Below are positions 14,095 to 25,707 of a DNA stretch of 64,000 bases, in pieces. Under the pieces are notes generated by a model that had not been told where the DNA came from, did no database searches, and was given only the letters and a program-made list of their open reading frames with translations. This DNA comes from Azolla caroliniana (taxonomy: Eukaryota; Plantae; Polypodiophyta), in contig JBHGNT010000014.1 in assembly GCA_043228905.1 (NCBI GenBank), forward strand, positions 15,066,001 through 15,130,000, in the 5' to 3' direction. Position 1 is the first letter of the stretch. The number at the start of each line of letters is the position of its first letter. A program made the position numbers and the translations under genes.

Positions 14095-15711
14095 ATATAA
14101 CCCATTCGTAAATAGTCCTTGAGTTGCTTAGATCCCTCATCATCTTCGGATCGACTTAAGCTATACAGAGGTATACTGATTGGTGCAACGCTAGGTACAA
14201 TATCTATACGATGGTCTATATTACGTTTAGGAGGTAACCGATGTTGTAGTTCACTCGGGAAAACATCATGAAAATCATTTATGATTTCATTGAGTTGTTG
14301 TTCAAAATGTGATAAATGACTTGAGACATTATGATTCGATATTATAAACATGAATGTCCGGATCAAGTACACAATAAAATAAAGAAGAACAAGACAACTT
14401 GGATATTGATGGAGAGGAAACATTCGAAAGAGATTGTTTTTTTACACATTGAATAAAATGAGTACAATTGTTCAGTACAAAAGTAATTGAATGGTGAACC
14501 CAATCAATAGATAAAGAAGAGTTTTTATTATAAAACTAGAGATAACCCAGTATTACATCAGTGGTACAAAGATCCATTACATGGAAGTCTACTTCCTCTA
14601 TATAAGTATCAATAGAAATTCCTAATGAATGAATCACCCTGTTGATGTATTGTACTCTTCCATCAGCCAAGTGCACCTTACAGGTGTGATCACTTACGGT
14701 GGGTTGGATTCCTCATATCTTAACCAAATGATCATTCACAAAGCTACGTGAGCTTCCCGAATCAAATAAGAATTGTAGGGGATATCCATATACCCGTTTG
14801 CACGTAGTAAATCATTGGGTCCCAATACATAGTGAGGGAAAGAGCATTTACAATTACTTAGATGATGTGTATAAACCTCACGAACATCAAGAATCTGACT
14901 TTTATGGTTTGCAACTTTGGTTTTGTTGTAGTGCTCTTTATGTTGGAGGTTCCGACATTGCTCTTTTATATGACCCTTCTTTTTGCAGAATACGCAAAAA
15001 GGATTTTGTCGCTTATAATTGCGATCCATGAATTCGTTCGGTGTCTTGTGTTTCCCAACAAATTGCGATTGCTTAGTCCTGGGCGCTTCAGGTTTGTTAT
15101 GGTCCTTTTTCGAAGTGCGTTGATAACAAAGAACTATTTCAACGGCCTCTTCGAAGGATTTTGGATCCTTATCGTGCACTATCCAGTGATAGTCCAAATT
15201 GGGGATGCCATTGACAAAACAAGCTATTAACCAATTGTCCCCTTCTAGACTCGATTTTTGGATTTGGGTTCTAACATGGTGAACATAGTCTTCTGACGAG
15301 GGAAATTTCCAGCTAGAGAGGTTCATCAAAGCTTGTGCTGCCTCGGTTCGAGATGGAGATTGTAGAAATTGACCCTTGACAACCTTGACAAAGTCTGTCC
15401 AGGTATATGGCAATTTCCCCATAGCGTGGAGCCCACACTACCAGGTGGCGGCCTTACCTCCTAGTTCTCGATTGACATATGCAATCTTCGTAATATCTGG
15501 CTTTGGATAGAGCTCAAAATGAGTCTCCCATTAGCCCAATCACGTGCAGATTGCTTCTTCGGTTCTTTCCTTCTTTTCCTCCCGTAAATGGCTTTACCAC
15601 AAACGATGGTTCACCTTGATGCTCATTGGGTCTATTAGTATCACGTTGTATACTAATGACACGTGCCTCGAGAGCACTATGAGATTGCCGAAGTTTGGAA
15701 ATCTCATGCAA
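14095..15711 (-). mobile_element. Truncated Ty3/Gypsy remnant (gag with zinc knuckle, degenerate protease, start of RT)
   Basis: WTDFVKVVKGQF gag and CVFCKKKGHIKEQC knuckle (14736-15422); FHDVFPSEL..LPPKRNIDHRIDIVP pre-RT motif (14004-14423); breaks off at about 14095; no LTRs identified. Confidence 0.85.
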
Positions 15712-16679
15712 GGTAGAATTAAGGAAATTTTGTAATGGTAAAAACTACGACTCAATGAAGATTGGCCCAAGAGGATTTCCTTGAATTCCTTCCGCTTGGG
15801 CGGATGTCATCGAGTCGTTATTATGAACCATTGAATGATAATTTCTGGCACAAAAATAGGATAAGGTCAAACAAATAGTCATCATAGCATGCTGTGATGT
15901 AAACATATCATGGACAAACATTAATCGATATCATGATCTCACGTCAATACCCCTCTAGATATATGAGATGAGGTTCAAAGATCAAGTGACTATGGTAACA
16001 CATAGGTGTTTTAAAAACCATGGGGGTGACAAATGAATGTCTTTCCTTGATCTCTAGATCGATTTTTTCATGGTCACGGCTCCCTAAGGCTCAATCATGT
16101 ATGTTTGCGTCATCAATTGTTTATACACGAAAAAATGTTAACAATAAACTATGTCTCTGTGCCCACCCATGTGGTTTCGGCTCTTTAAGTCATATTATGA
16201 AACATGTTTTATAGTCATGTTGTTGAGAATCAAGCTCAACATAGCAGAACGTGTGAACACACCTTTTGAGAATCTATGATTACTCAAAGGTCAAGAGTCA
16301 CACCACTACTCTCTACACATTAACTATGTGTCATGGAATCATATTCTATGACACATAACTAATGAGTTACATATTCCCCATGACTATGAGTCTTCACATT
16401 CCCCAAGAGAGAGAGAGTGGTCGTTGTAAACTTAATGAAGAGAGAGGGTGACTCTATATAAAACACCCTCCTCATACTTCATACTAAGTCAGTTGTGACT
16501 CCTTGTAATGCTACATTTTGTATTTTCTCATTCTACTTGTGAATATACATCTTCTTCTTGAGTATTTCATTTCTCTAGCTTATCTATCTTGTGTTTCTAT
16601 TATCTTCTCTAATTCCTCTCACACATACACATAACACACATCTCTTCCGCTACACAAGAATCATATCCGATTCTTTATA

Positions 16680-16691
16680 TGGTATCAGAGC
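16680..16691 (+). promoter_or_regulatory. Primer-binding site of A (tRNA-iMet)
   Basis: TGGTATCAGAGC immediately after the 5' LTR. Confidence 0.92.
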
Positions 16692-19600
16692 GATTTGGTA
16701 GCTCGATCTAGCCCACTCGCCTTATCGTGATCGTGTGTTGTGCTCTACGCTGATGTTCAAGAAGAACCGGCTCATCGTTATCGTAATGCGACTACATAGC
16801 TCGTGTTTGAGAGAGAAGGAAAAGGAAAGAAGGAAGAAATCTACATAGACAATGAATACTCAAATGGGGAGTGCTCTCCCTAGCGAGAAGTTGGATCGCA
16901 ACAACTTTGCATCTTGGGAGTACAAGATGCACCAATACCTTGTCGGCCAAGGCTATTGGAGCTACATCAAAGGAGCACAAGAAAATCGGCCCAACCCGGA
17001 AGACGCCGACTATGCAACGTGGGAGCAAGCAGCAAGCCGCGTGATGTATTGCTTGGCGACATGTGTTCACGACCACATGCTCGGGTACATTCGAGAAGCC
17101 AAGATGCTGAAGGAAGCATGGGAGAATCTACGAAAGATTTTCGCCGCCAACACTACCGCGAGAAAGCTTCAACTCCGCCAAGCGTTGAATAATATCCAAC
17201 AAAGGGATATGTCCGTCACGAGCTACACCTTGAAGATCAAGGAGCTTTGTGATTCGCTCGGCTCGATAAGCGTAAACGTGGAGGATGACGAGATGGTGCA
17301 AGTATGTCTCGACGGCCTTGCACCACGATTCGGCGCGATGCGAACCGCCATACTAGCACGGGAGAATCCACCCTCCTTCTTCGATCTTCAATCCATGTTC
17401 TTGGTGGAAGAGAATCATGTTCGAACGAGGAGCAACACCTCGGAAGACCACATGCTCTACACGCATTTGGACAGAGGAAGAGGACGCGACCGTGCAAGAA
17501 GAGGCTGATTCGGCCAAGGACGAGGCGGACGAGGCCTGACTTACGAAAACAACTCGCAATTTCGGCATCAAGACGGAAGCCATCAAGGAACCTTCGGAAG
17601 AAAGGGGAGCTTCTATTCCGGTCCGAACTGACAAAGCTCGGTCGAATGCGGATATTGCGGAAAAATCGGCCACCACGAAGAAGAATGTTGTAAGAAGATA
17701 CGCGAATCGGCTTCCACTAGCCGACAACTCACCAACTACGCCATCAACTCTGACTATGATGATTGCGACGGAATGTTCATGATGAGACATAGAGCGAATT
17801 CTATGTCGGCCTCTACTTCTACTAGTGCCTCCGGTCCGGAAGACATATGGTTTGTTGATTCCGGTGCCTCGAACCATATGACATCGCATCAAGAATGGTT
17901 CCGAGAACTTCGAGAGCCGGACCGACCCGGCTATGTCGAAACTGTAGACGACACTATGCACCCGATTCGGCACATCGGCAATGTTCCGTTCGGAGAAGAA
18001 GGTAAGCAAACTTACATTAAAAATTTCTTGCATGTATTAACTATCACGAAGAATTTGGTCTCCGTCGGCCAAATTGTAGAGCAAGGAATGCAAGTTCGAT
18101 TTAATCAAGGCGGTTGCTTCATCGAAAAAGAGGGCCGACTCATCGCTCGCGGACAAAGAGAGGGTCGAATGTTCATTCTTGACTCACACGAGATGAAATC
18201 GGCCATGTTTGCAAAGGGCATGAAAGCCGATTCCAACATAGAGTTATGGCACATGCGGATTGACCATATCAACCTCCAAAAGCTCAAGGCAATGCAATCG
18301 AAAGGAGTCGTCATCGGCCCCCGACATTCACGGAGAAAGAGATTGAAGGCATGTGTGCCGCTTGCCAATTCGGCAAGCAACATTGGCACCCATTTCCAAA
18401 GGAGCAGAACGTGAGCAAAGGCGTACTCGACGTAATTCATTCCAATGTATGGGGTCCGGCTCAAACGACGACATTGGGCGGATGCTGATACTATGTGACC
18501 TTCATCGACGACTTCTCTAGGCACACTTGGATCTACCCGATGCGACAAAAGAGCGAAGTGTTCAGACACTTCCAAAAATTTAAGAATGAAGTCGGGAAAG
18601 CCACGAGCCGACATGTACGATGTCTTTGGTCGGATGGAGGCAAGGAGTACTTCTCCGACGAATTTTCGGCGTTTCTACGGAAAGAAGGAATACGACGAGA
18701 GTTTTCGTGTCGACATACGTCGCAACAAAACGGAGTGGCCGAACACAAGAATCGGCACATCCTCGAAGTGGCACAGGCTATGCTTAACGAAAAGCACATG
18801 CCGAAATCGTATTGGGCGGAAGCAACTAACACGACCGTCTATCTCATGAATCGGTGTACGACATTGGGTGTGCACGAACTTACTCCGCACGAGAAGTTCT
18901 TCAGAAAGAAGCTGGACCTATCACATGTTCGGATATTCGGCTCCATTGCGTACGTGCACATCCCCGACGAGAAGCGTCAAAAGCTTAACCCGAAGTCGGA
19001 TAAATGTATCCTCGTAGGATACTCACTGGAGCAAAAGGGGTACAAGAGCTACAACCCCTCAATTCGAAAATCTCGAGTAAGTCGAGACGTCGTTTTTGAC
19101 GAGTCCGCATCCTGGTACGCACCAGAGAGAACTTTGACTCCGATTCCGCTCGACCCGGAATCCGTCGAACAAGAGATAGAGGATGACGGTCGCTTTACGC
19201 GCATGTTCGAAGAAAGTTCGATCACGACCCGACTGAGCGGACCACAAGAGCCACACGAGCCCCCGAGTGATCAAAGCACATCTCGGCCGAGTCCAAAGAT
19301 GGACAAAGGGAAGGCAAAAATGCCGGAGTATGAAGACGATCACTTCAATGGCAATGAATTGACTCACTCCCTCGATAGTGAGTTCGAAGGCCTTGAGATC
19401 CGGACAAATGGAGCGGAGAACGCCGTAGTATCCGCAAATGAGAAGCTCTGCCGATCCACCCGTAATGGTACGCCATATAATCGTTGTAGCCGAAGGTCGA
19501 AATCCGACAACTCCCTCTACGTACGCCACGACTCTAGAAGCCTAATTGTCATCATCCTCTACGTGGATGATCTAGTTATTGGAGGTGAGCGTTTAGTCGA

Positions 19601-20048
19601 CATCAACAAGGTGAAGTCCCTCCTCTCCAACAAATTCGAGATGACGAACATGAAGGAGCTTCATTACTTCCTAGGCATTGAGGTAATTTGAACTCCGGTC
19701 GGCATCATGATCTCCCAACGGCACTACATCCTCAACTTTTTATACAAATTTGGGATGACTCAGTGTAAATATGTGGCAACCCCTCTCGATCGAAACCATA
19801 AATTGGATGCCGACTCCGGCACAGAAGAGTGTGAGCTGACCCAATATCGTCAACTGATCGGGAGCCTCATCTATCTCACGATCACTCGACCTGACCTTAG
19901 CTATCCAGTCGGACTCCTTAGCCAATTCATGCAAACTCCGCGAGATATCCATTTTGATTGCGCTAAGCGAGTATTACGATACGTGAGCGGCACAATGGAT
20001 TACAACGTTCTTTATGCATCGGCCACACAAATACGACTCAAAGGGTAT

Positions 20049-23000
20049 TGTAAAAAGTAACGTGCGGAAGCAAGTATGAAGACTGAACAGAAGGAAGGAA
20101 ACTCAGGCTCAATGGAGAGCTTGAGCTTAAACGGTATACGCGGGAGAGAGTGAGAGAGAAGACACAAAAATATATTCAACAATAATACTCAGTCTGTACA
20201 TAAGACGTGCTCAGTGAACACTTTTATACAAGTCCTAGAAGGATTGACCGAAGTACTGACAGTACTTCAATGCTCATCAAGAGCTCCTACACTAACTCCC
20301 AAATATATTCCTCACGGAATATCTTTCCTAACGACCTCCTGGTTTACGCACTCAGCCTAACCGATCGGTCCCAACCGATCCGGTCCTCGGCTTCTTCAGC
20401 CGATCCGGCCGATGTTGAGCTTGTCTCTCAACACTCCCCCTCAAGCTCAACTTGAGGCTCTTCGGGATCCTCGGGCTCACAGCTCCGGTTCCTCCTGGCT
20501 TCACGCCTCGCTCGCGCTCCTCGACCTGTTCGACTCCGCGCGCTTCGACCCTTTCGGTCGGCTTGTCTGCTCATGTGGCCCACATTAGCTCTTCTATTGT
20601 TGCGGTGTTGATGCTTCTTCTGCTGCCTTTTCTTCCGCTTGGACCTCGGTTGATTTAGTGTGTCTGAATCAAACATTCGAACCGACTCGGCTACCTCCGA
20701 TCGGTTTTCGCTCTCGTCCAAGTTGGCTGTCTCCAACTCGTCTTCAGTCTTCTCGCCTTCGATGGCGTCATCTTCCCCATGCGTGGTTGGCTTCGGCTCT
20801 CTCCTTCGGTTGCTCCCCTTCTGTCCGCTTCCGAACTTTTCTGCGGGTCCGCGCTCGGCTTCTTCAGCCGATCCGAAGTAGTCGAACTCGACAAACGAGT
20901 CAACCGACTCGGTGGTGTCGCGGTCTCCGCTCCTTTCCTGTTGCCTTGCTTGGTTGTTCGGGACTGTTCTCCCCCTCAAGTTTGGCACATCGAGGTGACG
21001 CAATCCGAGCGCACCTGAGAATTGCCGCAACTTGTCCAGACCAAGAGGCTTGGTGAAAATGTCGGCAATCTGCCGATCCGTCGGCACGTACTGAAGTTTG
21101 ACTTCACCGGAAAGGACACGCTCACGGACGAAATGGTAGTGCACCTCAATGTGCTTGGTCCGTGCGTGGAAAACGGGGTTTTTCCCGAGCTGGATGCTGC
21201 TGAGGTTGTCGCAGTAGATCGTCGTCGGATCTGACACCTCCTCTTGCAGGTACTTAAGTAGCCGCTTCAACCATATGGCTTCGCATGTCGCGACAGCCGC
21301 TCCTCGGTACTCAGCTTCAGTGCTCGACAGTGCAACTGTCGGCTGCTTCTTACTGCTCCACGCGATCGCGGCACTCCCGAGGGAGAACGTGTATCCAGAC
21401 GTGGATCGGCGATCGGCGGCGTTGCCAGCCCAATCAACATCGGTGTAGCCGACTAACTGCGCGGCTGCACCGGTCCGATATAGCAGTCCACGGTCCTTAG
21501 TGCCGTTGACATACTGAAGTATGCGTTGCGCACACTGAAGGTGCTCCTCGGTAGGTCGCGCCATGAACTGACTGATCACCCCGACCGGATAATTGAGGTC
21601 GGGTCGGGTGATGGTCAAGTATATGAGGCTTCCGACAATTTGTCGGAACCTCGTCGGGTCGCATAGCTTTCCCGTATCGGGACAAAGGTTGACGGTTCTG
21701 TCCAGAGGAGTCGAGACGCTCTTACAGTCGGCCATCCCGAATTTGAAGAGCATACTCAGCACGTAGTGACGTTGGCTGATCAATATGCCTTCGGGGGTAC
21801 GGATCACTTCGATCCCGAGGAAGTAATGAAGTTCCCCCAGATCCTTCATGTCGAACGATGCCGCAAGCTGGAGCTTCACGCGGTCGATTTCACCTAGGTC
21901 GGCGTCGGTGATGACCAAGTCATCAACATATAGTAAAATACTAACCGGTTCGAGTCGACCTTTCCGGATGAACAGGGAAGAGTCCGATTTTGTCGTGACG
22001 AAGCCCATCCGACGCAGTTGTTGCGTGATCTTCGCGTTCCAGGCACACGGGGCTTGCTTCAGTCCGTAAAGGGACTTCTTTAGTCGGCATACTGCCGAGG
22101 AGTTCGTTCCGGAGTGAAATCCGGGGGGCTGTACCATGTACACATGTTCCTCAAGGTCACCTTGCAGGAACGCATTCTTTACATCCATCTGATGTAAGTG
22201 CCACCCCTTGGCCGTGGCTACTGCGAGCAAAACACGGACGATCGTCATTTTTGCGACCGGCGCAAACGTCTCATCGTAGTCGATGCCGTGTTTCTGCGCA
22301 TAGCCCTTTGCCACTAGCCGAGCCTTGTACCGGTTGACCGAGCCATCGGTGTTGTACTTGACCTTGTACACCCACCTACACCCGATTGGTTTTACCCCTC
22401 TTGGTGCGTCAACCAGGTCCCAGGTCTCGTTCTCCGCCAATGTGTGCATCTCTTCCTCCATCGCGGCACACCAATTCGCGTCTTTAGCCGCTTCTGCGTA
22501 GCTCTCCGGCTCACGCACTTCCGCTACACGGGTCATGTACGCATAATGATGCGCCATGTACTCGTTGTATCCGAACCGCAAAACTGGGTTCTTTTGGCGG
22601 GTAGATCGGCGTAATCTCACATCAGCCGATGTCGAGGCCTTCTTGGTCGACGCGGTCTTCACCTTTAAAGACCCGTCACCGGTTCCCACGGAGTCGGACT
22701 CGCGTCGATCTGACTCGTTCCTATCTGTGCCGGAATCCGACACCTTCTTCTTCCCTTTCTCTTTGTGCGTAAGCCGTCTCCTCGGCTTCCTGCGAGGGGA
22801 ATGCACGGCCGAGTCTCCACTACTCGCCGGCTCTTCATCGGACTGGTCGTACCGACTCAGTCGTCCAATCGGTCCACTTAAACGGAGCGAAACTGGACTC
22901 TCTTCACGGGTCTTGATTTCGGGCTCATCCGAAGGCATCTCGGCCTCGCTGACCTCATCGTCAGAGCTCGGATTGGAGTCGGGGGTAGGTACCAGGACGC

Positions 23001-25707
23001 AGACTCGTCAAACACAACGTCGCGACTGACACGCGCTTGTTTGGTGCGAGGGTTATAGCACTTATAACCGTTCTGCTCGTTCGAGTAACCGACCAAGATG
23101 CATTTCTTGGCCTTTGCGTCCAGCTTCCTCCTTTTCTCCTTCGGTACATGCACATACACAATGCTACCGAACACCCTCAAGTGTCGCAAGTTCGGCTTCG
23201 TTCTGAAATATAGCTCGTGCGCCGACACTTTGTCTCCGATCCGGTTCTGGATGTATACCGCGGTCCTTACAGCCTCGGCCCAGTAGAACTTGGGCAAGCT
23301 CTTCTCCTCCAGCATTGCTCGTGCCGCTTCCACAACTGACCGATTCTTTCTCTTGGCCACGCCGTTCTGCTCTGGCGTGTATCTACAATTGAATTCGCGG
23401 CGAATTCCCATTTGTTGTAGGTAATCGTTGAATTGACCGGAAAAGTACTCTTTTCCGCCATCCGACCGCAGGCACTTGATATTTCGTCCCGTTTCGGCTT
23501 CCACGAACCCTTTGAGGTCCCGAAACAGTCGAAGACTTCGCTCTTCCTCTCAATGAGGTAGATCCACGTGTGCCGCGTGTGGTCGTCGATGAAGGAGACG
23601 AAATATCGGCTCCCGCCAAGACTAACGTTTTGTGCCGCCCCCCATACATCGGAGTGTATAAGGTCGAGCTTGTTCCGGCTCCTGTTTCGCTCGTTTGGGA
23701 AAGGAAGTCGGTGTTCTTCCCGAGCTGGCAGGCTTCACAAACTTGTGCCTTTCGGCCACTAAATTTGGGCAATCCGAACACTACCTGTTTCGATTGCAGA
23801 TCTTGAAGCCGCTGGTAGTTGACGTGGCCTATCCGCTTGTGCCACAAGTCGATGTCCGACTCGGTCTTTTGTCCCTTCGCGAACATTGCGGTGCCGCCGT
23901 CAGTGGAGTCGAGGATGAACATCCTCCCGTCTCTGCGCCCTTGCGCAATCACACAGCCTTCTTCCTCAATGAAGCACCCGAGGTGTGTAAACCGAACCTC
24001 CATCCCTTGGTCGACGATCTGTCCGACCGAGACCAAGTTCTTCGTGATTGTCGGAACGTGCAACACGTTCATGAGTTTCCCTTTCTGCCCGACATGGCTA
24101 AGGGGAACTTCTCCGACATTCGCGATCGGATGCGGAGTGTCGTCTCCTGTTGCGACTACTCCCAGTTGTATCGGTTTTTCAAGGTACGAGAACCACTCCT
24201 TATGGCTCGTCATGTGGTTTGACACGCCGGAGTCTACGTACCACACCTCGTCCGATCTCGGGGTGCTATGTTTCATTGAGTTTGCTTCGTGTCTCGACAC
24301 AAAGGCAGACCCTTCTCCGGTTCTGCCGGAGTCTTCGGCGTAGTGCGATTGCTGCCGATTTCCCTTGTCGGTATTTCTGGAGCCATTTCTCTCCGAATCG
24401 GCGCACTTCTTCCAACACTCACTTTCCTTGTGGCCTTTCTTGCCACAGTACCAGCACTCCGCGATGGCCTTCCCTTGCCGGTTCTCATCGCTTCGACTCC
24501 CCCTGTTTCCGGAGGGTCCGGAGTTGTTGTCGGCATCACTTCGGTGCCTTCTTCCTTGATCTCGTCGGCCGCTTCCATTGCGTACCGACTCGCCTCGTCC
24601 GCCACGACCACGGGGCCTTTCTCCCTCCGTGTACAACATCTTGCTGTCGGTGTGCGTGCCTTTCGACGCACTCGCGTGGTTCTGCTCTACCAGGAGCATC
24701 GACTGTAAGTCGAAAAAGGACGGCGTATTCTCCTGGGTACTCACAGCCGTTCGGAACACTCCGAACTTCGACGCCAAACCTCCGAGACAGATCTGGACCA
24801 TCTCGCTCTCCTCGATGTTCACCTCTATGGAGGCGAGGGAGTCGTAGATATCCTTGATCTTCGAGGTATAGTCCGCCACCAACAAGTCGCGTTGTCGTAG
24901 GTTGCTCAACTCCTGTCGGAGCTGAAGCTTCCTGGCTGTGGTGCTCGCGACGAAAATCTTCTTCAGATTTTCCCACGCACCGTTCGGCGTCTTTGCATCC
25001 CGAACATAGCTCAATAGCTGTTCGTCCACACATGACGCGAAGCAGTACAATACCCTGCTCGCCGATTGCTCCCACGACGGGAAGTCTCTGTGTGTCGATT
25101 CGGGTGCCGCGTCATCAGCTCCTTTGACATAACTCCAGTAGCCGTGCCCGAGCAGGTACTGGTGCATCTTGTAGGACCAAGACGCGTAGTTGGTTCTGTC
25201 GAGCTTCTCTGTTGGAAGCGAGCTCGCCATGCCTCTATCCATCGTTCTTCTCGTTCTTCTTCGTCAAGCTGTGTCGGCTGCAGAGAGGTTCTCAACCCTC
25301 GCGCTCTGATACCATGTAAAAAGTAACGTGCGGAAGCAAGTATGAAGACCGAACAGAAGGAAGGAAACTCAGGTTCAATGGAGAGCTTGAGCTTAAACGG
25401 TATACGCAGGAGAGACAGAGAGAGTGAGAGAGAAGACACAAAAATATATTCAACAATAATACTCAGTCTGTACATAAGACGTGCTCAGTGAACACTTTTA
25501 TACAAGTCCTAGAAGGATTGACCGAAGTACTGACAGTACTTCAATGCTCATCAAGAGCTCCTACACTAACTCCCAAATATATTCCTCACGGAATATCTTT
25601 CCTAACGACCTCCTGGTTTACGCACTCGGCCTAACCGATCGGTCCCAACCGATCCGGTCCTCGGCTTCTTCAGCCGATCCGGCTGATGTTGAGCTTGTCT
25701 CTCAACA
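20049..25707 (-). mobile_element. Ty1/Copia LTR retrotransposon B nested in the RNase H region of A
   Basis: LTRs 20049-20433 and 25315-25707 (about 5 substitutions plus an 8-bp indel); TSD GGTAT (20044-48, 25708-12); iMet PBS (reverse complement at 25303-14); PPT at 20434-45. Confidence 0.97.
20428..25242 (-). pseudogene. Gag-pol of Copia B, broken by frameshifts, with a long C-terminal tail after RNase H
   Basis: ORFs 25242-23383 (gag, CWYCGKKGHKESEC, VDSG protease), 23504-22878 (integrase) and 22938-20428 (RT LYVDD, RNase H, ~180-aa tail). Confidence 0.93.

Noticed and set aside
20049-25707. Nested B appears slightly older (about 5/385) than host A (4/459)
   Set aside because: Difference is within sampling noise
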